Of a stretch of DNA of 64,000 nucleotides, positions 13,230 to 24,699 are shown in pieces. The translations under genes were made by a program, and so were the position numbers. The notes below the pieces were generated by a model, which worked only from the letters and a program-made list of their open reading frames with translations, ran no database searches and was not told the DNA's origin. The DNA is from Raillietiella orientalis (taxonomy: Eukaryota): NCBI GenBank assembly GCA_036172245.1, contig JAYWIR010000019.1, forward strand, positions 2,480,001 to 2,544,000, written 5' to 3'. Within the stretch, counting starts at the first letter, position 1, and each line of letters starts with the position of its first letter.

Positions 13230-15000
13230 CGCCAATTATGGAAGGATGAAGAGCCGGGCAGCGGGCGCGGGATCATGGAACGGCGTCGAGGCTATGGTGA
13301 ATCCCGGTCCTCTTGGATGCATCTGTACAGGGAACGGGCAAAGAATTTCTTCGTCGCCAGGAGCAGGGGGAGGGATGGGGAAAGCAGACGATTCCCGAAA
13401 GGCTCCCCGGGGATATCTGCCTCCCTCACTCGGGAGAAGGCCGAGCGAGGTTCAGCTCCTGCTTTCCCACCTCCCTGCCAGAGTCTCCCCGGCGTGGTCA
13501 TCCTCTCCGAACATCGGTAAGCGGGAGGACACCTGCTCCCGGGACAACGGCGCGTGCGCGCGTTCGGCCGCAGGAAGGCACCAGCGGAGAGGGGCGAGCG
13601 TTTCCCCAAAGAGGGAAACCCACATCAACCCAACACCTCCCATCCTCTTCCTTGCTCGTGGTTTCCCTTTCCCTTCGAGGGACGAGGCGCGCGTTTCCAG
13701 CCCTCCTACGGCACCAACCTGCACGCCAAGCTGGCCGTTCCCTCTCGGGGATGCGCGCCTCGCGGCGTAGCAGCGAGTGCGTCCGGGAGTGATCAGAAAC
13801 GCCACCCCCAACTCCTCTCTCCTGGGCCGTCTGCCGAACGGACAAAGAAGGAGACTCTGCGGGGTCGCGATCGCGAAGAATTTTCGAGGAACGCCCTTCC
13901 CATGGCGCGCTGTCGGGAGTAGGAAGAGTGACACTAGAGGGAGTTGGGGGAGGAGGAAGAGGAGGAGGAGGGAAGGAAGACAAGGAAGAGGAGACGAGAA
14001 AAAACCTCCCAGTTCCCCTCTTCCTCCTCACATTCTCTTCTGCTGCTGTTTTCCTGGAGACTTTCCGCTTCCTCGGGACGAGGCCTCGCAAGGTTGAACT
14101 CCGCTATCGAATCCGCAGAAAGAGGGGCCTGAGGGGCTTCCAGTGAGGACATGTGAAGCGGAGTCCTCGGGTTGGGTGGGGTGCAGGGGCGTGGCTGTGT
14201 GGAGGGGGGTGCGGCCAGACCGCCACAGCAGGGCTCTCGCGGTCGCAGCACCTGGAAATCTCCCGAGGGACGGATCGCACTCTCCAGCAGAGACGCGCCC
14301 CGCCTCCTGGTCGGAAGTGGGGCAGGAGGAGTAGATTCTCCGCGTGTAGGGAGGTGACCTCAGAACTGTGTGCCTCCGAAGGTGTTCCTGGGGGGAAGAG
14401 ACCCATTGCCCCCTGGAGGGCGTGCCGCACTGCAGTGTGCGTGGCACGGGCGAGACCGCTCCCGGGAGCGTTTCTTCCCGAATCTTTCCGCAGCGGTGGC
14501 TGCCGAACCCGGAGCTCGCAACTGACCTCGAAGTTGCCTCGGGCGTCTGCCGCTCTGGCTGGCTTCCGCTTCGCACCCTCGAGGTGTAGCATCCCGATCG
14601 GACTCCTCCTCTTTTCCCCATAAGGGGCCAGCAGGAAGGAATGTCGGAGAGAAGAAGCGTCGAGACATGGCGCATGGCGCGCCGCATGAGAGGGTCCGCG
14701 GAGCTAGCCGAGGGTGTGGCCAGCGGGGAAGGGAGCGAATCCTCAGCGAGGTCAGCCGGGGAGTCGTCGTCGGCGATCCTCGGCTCGTGCAGGGGTCTCT
14801 CTTCCAGGAAACTCAACACTTCCAGGCAACAACCGAAGGGCCGCCCACCCTTCGCATGAGCGGCGCTACCACCCCGCGTCCTCCAGCAGCTTCTGTCCTT
14901 CTTCCTCCTCCTCCTACCTGCCCTTTCGCCACCTAGGGGGAGGGAGGATGAAGCTATCCTTCCGCACTCCTCCACCGGGCATGCAGCCAGGAGCAACTTC
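13230..15000 (+). mobile_element. Degenerate LINE RT fragment
   Basis: GYGESRSSWMHLY (13290-13328, ~GFGxxFISWIxLLY), RRFPKGSPGIS (~RGVRQGCPLS), HQRRGASVSPK (~SGAxVNxxK), and GG-LPNPE near 14500. Confidence 0.55.
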
Positions 15001-16228
15001 TCTCTGTGTCCTGATGAAAATCTTGGATGGGACTTTCGGATGCGGCAGAACGGCAGCGGCTGCCTCCTCCATCCGGTGATCACATGGCGCCTGGAACTCA
15101 GGCCTTCCGGGAGCCACTGGAGCTGTCTTCGGGGAGGAGGGGATCGGACCCTTCGGTGACTGGCTTGCAGGGTGCCCGACGGAATGATCCTGGACGACTT
15201 CGTTGTGGCGTCCGGCTGGAGCAATCAGCAGCTGCGCACGCATCCAGCCCGGAGGCTTGCGCGGGCCGGGAGTCGGCGGGAATCGCTGCCATTCCCGCTA
15301 GGGTCCCCCCCCCCTTTCCCAGCTTCCTGGAGGGGAGCCATTGTCTTTTTCCCGTAGCACGATGAGTGGTCCGGCTCTGAGCGGAGGCCACTGAAGGGCG
15401 ACGTGGTTCTCCCGCGACCTCTTGCGGATCGATGCTGGTCCAGCCAACTCCTTTTGGCGTTTTCGAAGCCTCCCGAGAGGCCGATAGCTGGCCCAGCTAC
15501 CGCCCACGGCCGCTTCCCCTCCCCGTGGGTCCAGCAGAAGGAGGCACGGCTGACGCACTTCTTCCCGCGTCTCGTGCAGATCCTCCTCCGTCCTTTCGAT
15601 CCTTTCGTGTCCAGCCTGATCAAAAGAACCGCCCCCCTTTGCAGATGTGGGGTGGATCCGATCCCTGAATCCCCGGCCCTCAATCATAGCGGACCCTGCA
15701 TTCCTCCGCATGTAGCGCCGACTCCCGTTATGGCTTTTTCGTAATTTCCTTCCCTTCTCTCCCGAGCGACGGATGGAGGCATCGCCCTTGCCCCAAGGCT
15801 TCCCTCCCTTTCATCCTACACGTTTCCATGGATCCCGGAAGAGGAAGATCGCAGCGTTCCGTCTCTTCGAGGGGAGAAGAAAATCGCTTCCTCCTCTCGT
15901 CCTTGCAGGACAGGGTCCCTCTGGGGCTGTAACCCGACCAGAAAGATCAGCCTTGGCCAGGACACGACCCCTTTCCCGCTGCACCTTGCAAGTGTCCTGA
16001 AGGAAGACCCGGATGCACGTGAGAATCCGTCACTCCTGCTGCCAAGGACGTGGGAGCCACCGTTTCCGCTACTGCCGCACTCCTGAGCGGCCACGCTCAG
16101 CCATCTTTTCTTCGTATCCAGGAGATGCGGAGCAAAGATGCTTCTTTTCCAGCGAGCCTCCGGCATGGATCCTGCAGGTGCTGCGAGCATGCCGCGGCGG
16201 AAACTGTCTGCCTCCTTTTCTTTGATCC

Positions 16229-16401
16229 CAGCAGCAGTAGCAGCAGCAGCAGCAACAACAACAACAAGAGCATCAAAAGAAGCAGTAGCAGCAGAACAGC
16301 AACAATAGCAACAACAGGAACAAGAGGAAGAAGAATCAGCAACAACAAGAACAGCAAGGACAGTAACAGCAGCAGCAGCAACAACAGCAACAGAAGCAGC
16401 C
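16229..16401. repeat. Degenerate (CAG/CAA) trinucleotide microsatellite
   Basis: Directly visible. The poly-Gln frame contains TAG/TAA stops. Confidence 0.95.
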
Positions 16402-16949
16402 ATACCATTGGATGTCGATGGCGAGGGCACCTTCTCTCGATCCAGCGAAGCTCACGCAGAGTCTGGCTGGTCTTTGGGGTTTCCTCCGCTCCTCAATCAG
16501 ATGCCAGACCGATGGCAAGGAGAGGGGAAGACTGTCCCCTCCCTTTCTCCTCCCTCCCTGAATGACTCTCGGTTCCCGCGCGCACTCGAGGCGCACCCGC
16601 ATGTTCTGGGCCGAGAGAAGAGGGCTGCTGCTCCTGCCATGCTCGGTAGCACGAGTCACCCTTAGCTCTTGGACCTCCGCCAGATTTCTGACCTCCCTCT
16701 TCCCCGGAGCACCAGCACAGTAGAGCCACGTGGCACGGGAACCGCGTTGTGAGTGCGCGCAGCAACTGCACATCGCGAGCCGCCAAATCCCTCGCGCCCG
16801 CTGCCTGCTCCTCCTCTTGGAGCAGAGCTGCCTGTCCCTCTAGACTCGCTTGTGCGCGCCCGCAAAGGCAGGGCTGCCATCACACCTGTAGGCGGAGCGG
16901 CGAGGCGGCTGCTGTCACGTCCTCTGCCTGTTAGAATGTCTGGAAATGG

Positions 16950-19064
16950 GGTAGGAACGGAGGGGGAGAAGGAAGGGGGCTCTATCGCGCCCCGGAGCAG
17001 GCATGCCTCCTGTTTTCCCGACAGGTGGTGCTGCGAGACGGTCGCGGGAACCCTGCTGCTTCTAGGAGCGCGCGTCCCACGGAACAGCCGGCGGAAGGGG
17101 ACAGGTGCTTCAAGACTCTCCCCGACAGGACGCTGGCCTGGGGCTTCGATCCTGAGATTGGTAAGGTTGGGGCACTCGCTGGGATCCAACACCTGGGCTC
17201 TCTCCGGAGGGAGGGGAGGGAAGGCATGTTTTCCGAGAGATGAAACCAAGCTGCAAGACGGAGGGGAGTCCGCGCCTGAGTCTATCATCCGCGCGGGGTG
17301 GCGGCCTTATGTGGATCTCCTTCTGTGCAAGAAATGCACGATGAGGGCGTGAGAGCGAGAAAGAGGCAGGCGACGGCTGCTTGGTGGTGAACCCTTGAGG
17401 GGAAGTGACGTCATGCGCCCCTGCACACGCCTCCGCTTGGGCGCTGAGGTCTTCTCGAGGAAGGAACGAGCACTTCCTAGGGTCGAAGAGAGAATCCTGG
17501 CGGTCCATATAGGACGAGGAACCTCAATTCGCTTGAACTTTCCCCTTCCAATAGAGAGGTGACCACGCCCTCCGATAAATCTCCGGTCGGCACGGCCACT
17601 GGTGGGATGCTCTGGGAGGGAGCTGCTCCTGACGAGAACTGTGGGCAGCAGGCGAAGGGTCGGGTGTGCGTTCTCTCCCTTGCGTTACTCGTCGTCTCCC
17701 GTGCGCGCGCCACTTCCGGTCCCGGTCTCTTCTGAGGAGGGCTGCCCGAGCAACAGCAGACGGATGTTGGCGCCTCATTCCTGGAGTCGCTCTGAAGGTC
17801 TGGTGTCGAGCCTTCTTCTCCATCTCCTGAACCTTTGTGCTGACCGAATCTTCTAGAGAGCGCAAAAGAAAAGGAGGGGAAAAAAAAACTGCAGGCGCGA
17901 CACGCTGATCTCGGGAGGTTCTTTCCTGTTTGGTCGCTTCTCACGCCTTACTGTTCCCAATGCCTGGAGGCGGCGTCCGACGTGTCTTCAGTACTCCATG
18001 CTCCATCATCTCTTGTCTCCGTATTTCTCCCGGCCACGCGAGCCGCTTCCCTTCCCCTCTCTACCAGTGGAGCAGCATCCTTACGGCTAGGTCTTCCGGG
18101 ATCCGGGAGATCCTGGAAAATCCCGTGAAGATGCATGGGCAAACAGAACCTTCCTCGCCTCCTCGCTGCCCTGTCTTAAGGGACATATGGGCAGCAGTCT
18201 TATGAATAGATAGGAGATTGCTGCGGGAATCTCCGGAAGAAGGAAAGGACGGGCAAGCTCACCGACGCTGCAACCCCGATTACCCGACCTCGTGGACTTT
18301 TGCTCTGGGGCGTGCAACTGGGTATTCCGGTGGAAGACCTTCAGTGGACCCCGGTACTTCAGTGGACATCCGTACCCCCCCTTTAAAGTGGCAGTAGTCG
18401 GAGTTGATGCTGTTGCACTGGGGCCTCCCGGCATCATTGGACATGGGAGTGTGTGAATCCAAACTTGTGTGCAAGATGCGGGTAGCGGGGATCCCTCTCA
18501 CACCTCCTAGTGGACCGTGTTGCCCTCCGACCGCTGTGAGGATGCTTTGCCGCGCCCCTTGGAACTCCCTGCGTCAACTCCGTAGATGTGTTAAAGTGTC
18601 TCTTCCTGCACGACTCCCTCACGACGGCCATACCCCCAGCAGCACTTTGCTGCCCACGCGGCGGGATCGTGGCTGCATGGAGCAGCAATGCCAGAGGAGG
18701 CCAGGACGACAGGGACGTCATCTATTTTGCTGTCCTCTTCATGAGGGCAGCGTCAAGATGGCCCCATCTGGGAGTCTTGAAACAGAAACTTGCCGGTATC
18801 CTTACAAGGATGCAGAGGACACCCTCCAGCACACGGTGATCCCTTCCCGAACCCCTCCATTTTTTTGACTGTATGTTTTTCGTTTTATTTTTTTCTTTTT
18901 GTTTGTCTCCCCTTCCCCTGTACTGCCGAAGCGAACCCCGCTGTCCTGTGTGCCAGTTCCCGGCAGGTTTCTCTTCGTATTTACAAGTAACGAGACAGGA
19001 TCAAACGTCCTGCCACTGACATGTATGTTTATTTCATAAATAAACGACCCGGCGTGGCCGGGTG
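16950..19064 (+). mobile_element. Degenerate L1/Tx1-like LINE, RT + zinc knuckle + 3' UTR
   Basis: GWRPYVDLLLCK (17296-17331), RGDHAL (~RVDH), GCAFSPLRY (17662-17688), LLFPMPGGGV, zinc knuckle PNLCARCG*RGSLSHLLVD (~18459-18515), T-rich UTR, AATAAA at 19039-19044 and hairpin acccggc-gtg-gccgggt at 19047-19063. Confidence 0.75.
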
Positions 19065-20896
19065 TCAACCAGTGGAGCAGTAGAGCGGCGGGTGCTTGGA
19101 AACGGGAGTAAAAGAGATCTGCTCTGAACATCCGAGAAGTGTGGGAGGGACTTTCGATTTCCTCATCGTGCCCAGCGCACGAGGGTGGACTCTGGCGATT
19201 CCCACGGCAGGATCTCATCGCCTCCGGGGAGTTGCGGAGAGACGTGCGCTCCCGTAGGAATTATCCATGGTCCGTTCCGATCATGTATCGAGAAAAGTGG
19301 TCCATTTTACTCTGCCTCTCTCTCCTAGCGGATCTGAGAGTTCCCTTCACGTCTTCGGTAGCGTCATTCCTGAAGAGGACCATTCGGCAACTTCCCAGCT
19401 GCTTGCCTACCTAGCTCCCAAGTCTTTCCGGACCCGACTGAAACAATTGGTACGCCGCGCCAGGATGCTGGCTAGGTATCCTGCCCATCCTCAAGATCGG
19501 ACTGCAGGTGCAGTTCCGATTTTTGACCTTTTATGGAAAATTGTGGACTTGCCACTGGTGTGTTCCGGCACGCCACAACCTACGGCGATTAGCTGGAAGC
19601 GAAGGCTTCTTTTGCTGCTGCTGCGCAACCCACATTGGGGGACTGGACCTGGCTACCTCCTGAAGCATCTGTCCTTATTTCTGGTAGCTCACTCATGGAT
19701 TTTCTGCCGCACTCCAAGCTGGAAGGCCTTGCGGGAGGAGGCACTGGAGTTCCGGGTTGCCACTCCGGAAGTGCTCTCAGAGGAACTTCGTCCGCAGCGA
19801 AGCAGTTTGCAAACCGCTGGAAGATCTCCTTCAGGACTGGACGCAGTGGCAACGGATAGCCATCACATCTCTGCCTTCCCCCAGGAAAAACAAAGAGAGC
19901 AGCCAGCCGGCGTGGTGGGAATTGTCCTGCAGCATTGCAGGAGTCGACAGGCTCTTCGACGGCTGCAACACGAGAAAGTTGGTGGACGTCCCCACTCCTA
20001 GTTCCCGGACCAAGGGAATCCTTCGGTGGAATGACCTGCCCGATGTGTCCCCCGAAGAATACGTGGTCCCTTCCCTGTGTGCGGACACCTTCGTGTTCTT
20101 ACTCCGCTGGAAACGGGATGTCCTACTGTAACTACATTTGGGATTCCAGTGCAATCAGCTCAGGCCCCTGCTTTCCCGAGGAGTTGCCTCCCCAAACTGT
20201 TTAAGGTGCGGAGTGACGGAATCGTTTCCACACCTCCTGCTGGACTACAGTGCTCTGGAGGACTTGTGTCAGAGACTCGTTTCCGCGCTCCCTCGACTGC
20301 AGGACCCTCCCCGCTGCAGACTTGCTGCGGCGCTTCTTCATTCGAGGCGGGCTGAAGATGGGCGAGTGCGCCGTGGCGTTCATTTCTCTTAGAGGGCTCA
20401 TCGATTCCAATTATTGCGTTAAAACTAAGGGGAGGCCAGCGAGGTCCATCACGTTCACGAAGGGGAAGAGGGATAAGACAAAACTAGAAAACAAAAAACA
20501 AACGGGCACTCTGATCGCAACGATCTGTTGCATCCGCGCCATGGTTGGAGTCTTGTTCTCAGCGAAGGGAGGCCACCAGCATGGCAGCTGCCTTCATGAG
20601 GACAGCTGCAAGGTGGCCTCACCAGCCAGAATTCATCAGTGAGATCGCCACCATACACAGCCGCTGCTAGAAAGGAACAAATAAAACCAAAGATCCCTGC
20701 CCTCCCTTCTTTTTTTTATTTATTTACTGTCTTCTCCTTCCGTTCCCAACTTCCTTAGAAGCCGAACTGCGTGCTGCTGGTCATCCTCAACGAACTTTTG
20801 TTTTGTTTTTTTCCATTCGGCAACTCTTATTCAGGAGACACTGTTCCCCTCTGACTGCTTCATTTTTTTAAATAAACGTCCCGATGTCACCGGTTA
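19065..20896 (+). mobile_element. 5'-truncated L1/Tx1-like LINE, post-RT region + zinc knuckle + 3' UTR
   Basis: AAGAWKRE*KRSAL (RT end), WYAA..ILPI, HIGGLDL, KRDVLL*LHLG and SPNCLRCGVTESFPHLLLDY (zf-RVT-like, ~20190-20248). Nucleotide homology to 50.6-51.0 kb and 52.3-52.5 kb. Terminal aataaacgtcccgatgtcaccggtta at 20871-20896. Confidence 0.8.
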
Positions 20897-20899
20897 GCA

Positions 20900-21700
20900 A
20901 ACTTTCCAAATCTTATCGCCGATTTTGATCAGGATCGACCCAGCTTTTCGAGCGGCGGAAGGGCGTCTATTGGACTGCAGGACGTTGAGAATCTTGGCGC
21001 GCGCGCCCACCAAGTGGAGGCTATCTGCTGCACCCGGTGGAGTGGCCGGAACACGTGGATAGCGCACCCCGGCTGTCCCGACCCCGGGGCGGCTGTGCTC
21101 GATCCCGAAACGCGCACTTCCTGTTCGCGTGGCGTCCTGCGGAGGCTCGCGGGTCCAGGAACAAACGGATTCAACGTCGCTGCAGACGTCGAGGAGGGTG
21201 GACGCGGCGACCTTTGGCTCTTGCCAGGTACTTTCCGCATCGTCGTGGGACCAGCCGCATTGGAAATCCTTTCAGAACAACTTTCAGCTGAGGAGTCTGA
21301 CGGAGTGACGGGTCTTCCCGGCTTCAGCAAATGCTTGGTACGAATGATGATGACCACGTCAGGCCGTCTTTGACGCAACTGCTTTGTTCAATAGGGTTTG
21401 CTTCCCTAGGAAGGAGATCGACCTTCCCAAGCACAAGCCTTCGCACCGCCCTATGAGGTCGCGCTCCAAGGGGAGCCGCATGGGGTCTTCTTTGGCTTCC
21501 GGCACCAGATGAGACCCATTGCCGCGGAGACGAGTCCCCACTGCAAAGATGAAGTTCGTTCCTCAAGTCACTCCCTCCTCTCCCTGGTCCGCACAGGAGA
21601 AAAACAGAACGCAATTTTCGTCGTTTAAACGGAACAGACGATCTCTTTCTTATCTGCTTCGGAGTCGAGGTGCTGGTCATGATGCTCATTCCAGGTCGCC
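20900..21700 (+). mobile_element. Short degenerate LINE 3' fragment
   Basis: NLIADF...GGRASIGLQDVE (~GGLGLPDIE) begins immediately after the preceding terminal motif. A decayed knuckle, FSKC-GTNDDDHV, lies at ~21320-21360. Confidence 0.4.
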
Positions 21701-23344
21701 AAGAGTCAGCCTCGGCAGCTGCCCGCGGAAAATACGGCGCCGATGTGCCTCGCAGTGCGATCCCGCATCTGGGATGATTTCCCTCCTCTAAGTGCACCAT
21801 CGAGGAGCAGACTGAGGTGGGTGGCGCGATCTGTTCGTGCAGAGACCTAAGCTAAACAGTAGGCGACGCTTTCATCGAAGAACCGAACCGAAGGGATGTT
21901 AGCAAAAACAATTCTTCCCCCCCCCTCACACAAAGCATCCTTTTTATAGGGCTATAAACAGGAGAGGATAGAGTAAGCCGAACGTTACAACGAGCGCGAT
22001 GGTAACCCTGCTTCTTTCTTCATGACTTCTTTCTACAGAACGGGAGGAACATCATTTCTTCTTCATAACCTTTCCGCATTGCTTTGCTAATTGAAAAAAA
22101 TTCCTGAAATTTCCTCTTAAGCGTTTTTCTGGAAATTACGAAAAGACGGATCCGAAAGGAAAAAGAAAAAAAAGGAAAAAAAGATCCAGTCTCCGTTTCA
22201 TCAAGCAATCAGACCACTGCATCTGCAGCAATCCTAGATGATTTTCCTAGATGATTTCTTTCAGCGTTGGTGCTCCTCCAGTAACGCGACTGACTTCATT
22301 TTCTTGCCATTGGGAGCAGGAGAAATTCAGATGAGGTGAAAACACTGGGGGGAGGGGGGGGGGAGAAGAAACGAAGCTCTTTTTCAATTTAGTTCAAGGA
22401 TGAAGCGCCAGTGAGGCGAAGCATCTTCTCGCTGATCTTATGGAACCCGGAATATGCATCAAACCACCGTGCTGAATGCTGTGCGAATGCAAAGCGCACG
22501 GGTAAAGAGAGGCGTGGCTGCGCCAGGCAACCCTGGCATCCCCGTCCCCGGAGCTAATCCAAAGCGACCTCGTCACAAGCGCAAGTGTCGATCAGCTGAT
22601 CTTTGACTGGCAGTCAAGATCTCCGAAACCTCTGAGGATATTCCCGGAAGACCCGACTACGCTTGCCAGCCGCACGAGCGCGCTAATGGAAGTCTCATCC
22701 CAGACTCCCTGTCCGGAAGTTTTCGCTTCGCAGAGGTGCCAAGGGCGAAAGCTCCAGAGGAAGCTTCTCGGAGCTTCAGAGAGACGAGTGCGGCCATCAA
22801 GGTGGAGTCCTCCACCACCACCACAGAGAAAAATCACCTCCACGTTCTCTGCTCATTGAAGGGCAGTTCGTGCACTTAAAGAAGAGCGGAAGAGGCTGCA
22901 CTTTCTGGAGCGCACTCTTCTCAATTTCACTAAATAAATCTCAACCTTCAATTAAGACTGAAGACTCCAAATTAATGAATTCGTTCGTCTCATTCCACTC
23001 CGAGGGAAGATTTGCCATCGTCCTCGCCAGAAATGCTTGGGAGATGAATTCACATTCTGGGAATATTTCCTTAATGACGCGCGAAACAAATGGCGAAATC
23101 ATTGATCACGTGGAACATGAAACTCCAATTAGGAGCTCCACCCGGAGGAAATTTTAATTGTCCCGGAATTTGCACACCTCGCAGGAAAACCGACCCGCGG
23201 AACTATCATCAAACTTTCACCAACGCATTCATCAGTCACATGGGATGCATTCACTTGACTCACACATACGCCTGTTGAATTAGATGGGATGACGTACGGA
23301 AGCTCGCTGGGAACGTGTTTGTCCGCCTCTGTGAGTCCCACTCT

Positions 23345-23512
23345 ATTTTCCCTTCGCCTCCTTTTTCCTCCATCTCTTCCTCCCTTCTTCCTCCCATCCT
23401 CCTCCTGCTCCTTTCCTTAGCCTCCTCTTCCTCTTCCTCCCCCTCCCTTCCTCCACCTCTTCCACTTCCCTTACTCCACCTCTTCCTCCCTTCTTCCTCC
23501 TATCTTCCTTCC
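23345..23512. repeat. Polypyrimidine (CCT/CTT) low-complexity tract
   Basis: Directly visible. Confidence 0.9.
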
Positions 23513-23514
23513 GC

Positions 23515-23900
23515 CTCTGTGACTCTTCCAGGGATATACGGCACCCGATGCAGTAGGTGGAAGCGCAACTTTTGACAGAGAGGCCGTCGCCTGCGATTGA
23601 AAGTAGCTGCCCCCGGCGCTGGGCGGTAGGGATTCCGATAGAGTCCAGCCCCATAGGGAATCCGAAGGAATACTAGAGTAAGTCTGCGACCTCGGGAGTG
23701 AATACCTTCCGGTGCGGAAGCTGTGAGGTGTGCCGCAGGGATGAGCTTGGTCGGTGATCCTTTGACCCACGCGGCCAGCCGGCATTCCTGCTCGCATGCG
23801 CTGCTGCCTTGTTGCCGCTTTCTACATCTTCCAGGTCCCACCGCGGGGCATTGGCAACCCTGCCGCTAGTCCCTTCCCTCCAGGGTAACCCGCCAGCGAG
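23515..23900 (+). mobile_element. LINE RT fragment
   Basis: ATFDRE (23565-23582, ~KAFDRV), AVGIP, NTRVSL and GVPQG*AWSVIL (23727-23762), in RT order. Confidence 0.6.
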
Positions 23901-24699
23901 TCCCACGGCCACTGTGCGTTCCACAGCGTTTTCCAGGAAAAACGCCTCTCTCTCCTTCGTTTCTCTTTTCCATTCTTCCTCCCCTTCCTCCTCATCCCTT
24001 CGTCCTCCCCTTCTGCTGTTAGTGCTACGCTTTCCGGGCGGCGCGCCATGGAAACGACTCTCCTTGAAAATTCCCCGCAGCCTCCTCGAAAATTCCCCGC
24101 AGCTTCCCCCGCTCCACCCCTTTCTCGGATGAAGGGGGGGGAGAAGGGGTGGACGTGACCCTGCGGGGTCTCCTCCGCCCCGCCCCGGAAGCGGATCAGA
24201 AGGAAGGGGGGAGGATGCGTCCCTACTCGCTCCCGGACGCACTCGCCGCAGAGGCGCCGGGAAGGCTGCCCGTCCTCGCGCACGCGATCTATCGATCCCT
24301 TTCGCCTCCGCCCGCCGCGACGAGCATAGGGAGGTGATGAATGCAAGAGCGGAGATCGCTCTTTCTTCCTTAGCCTCCTCATCTCCGACGCGCCAAAAAA
24401 AAAAAGTTAGAAAGGAGAAACTGAAGACGGGGAGGGGCGACAGGAGGAAGCATCTGCACGGGAGCGAAGGGGAAAAGGCAGGGGAGCCGAGGGCGCTGGC
24501 GCGCGCGCAGGGGGCGCTATCTGCGGGCGACAGCCTGAGCCGGCGAACCGCCCACGAAAGCGGGCCCCTTTGATCCCCTCCCTCGCTGCCTCTCCAAGAG
24601 CGGGAGCGCGGAGCAGGGGGAGGGAGAACAGGAGAGGACTCCCCCCCCCGCCTCATCTCTGCCCCTCCCTGTGGGTACTCGCTCCCGAGAACCCCTCTG

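Noticed and set aside
4650..14800. Possible - strand RT motifs (PGPDG at ~4655-4670; GVRSGC and IADD at ~14590-14780)
   Set aside because: They are isolated or in the wrong order (IADD precedes GVRSG), and the + strand at the same sites carries its own motif (GKKPGND; GG-LPNPE). They should still be re-tested by profile search because they bear on the strand-bias claim.
15170..15560. LINE endonuclease domain remnant (ILDDF ~ GDFN, SERRPL ~ SDHRP)
   Set aside because: The matches are too degenerate and the spacing to the downstream RT is much longer than expected, so it is not reported as a feature.
16229..16401. Poly-glutamine exon
   Set aside because: The Gln frame is interrupted by TAG/TAA codons, so this is a simple microsatellite.
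5095..23240. Self-cleaving ribozyme candidates (HDV-like tcctcctcgcgtgga at ~5110; hammerhead-like CTGANGA..GAAA at ~9500 and ~23215-23235 on the - strand)
   Set aside because: The required helices (P1/P1.1/P2, or stems I-III) could not be formed.
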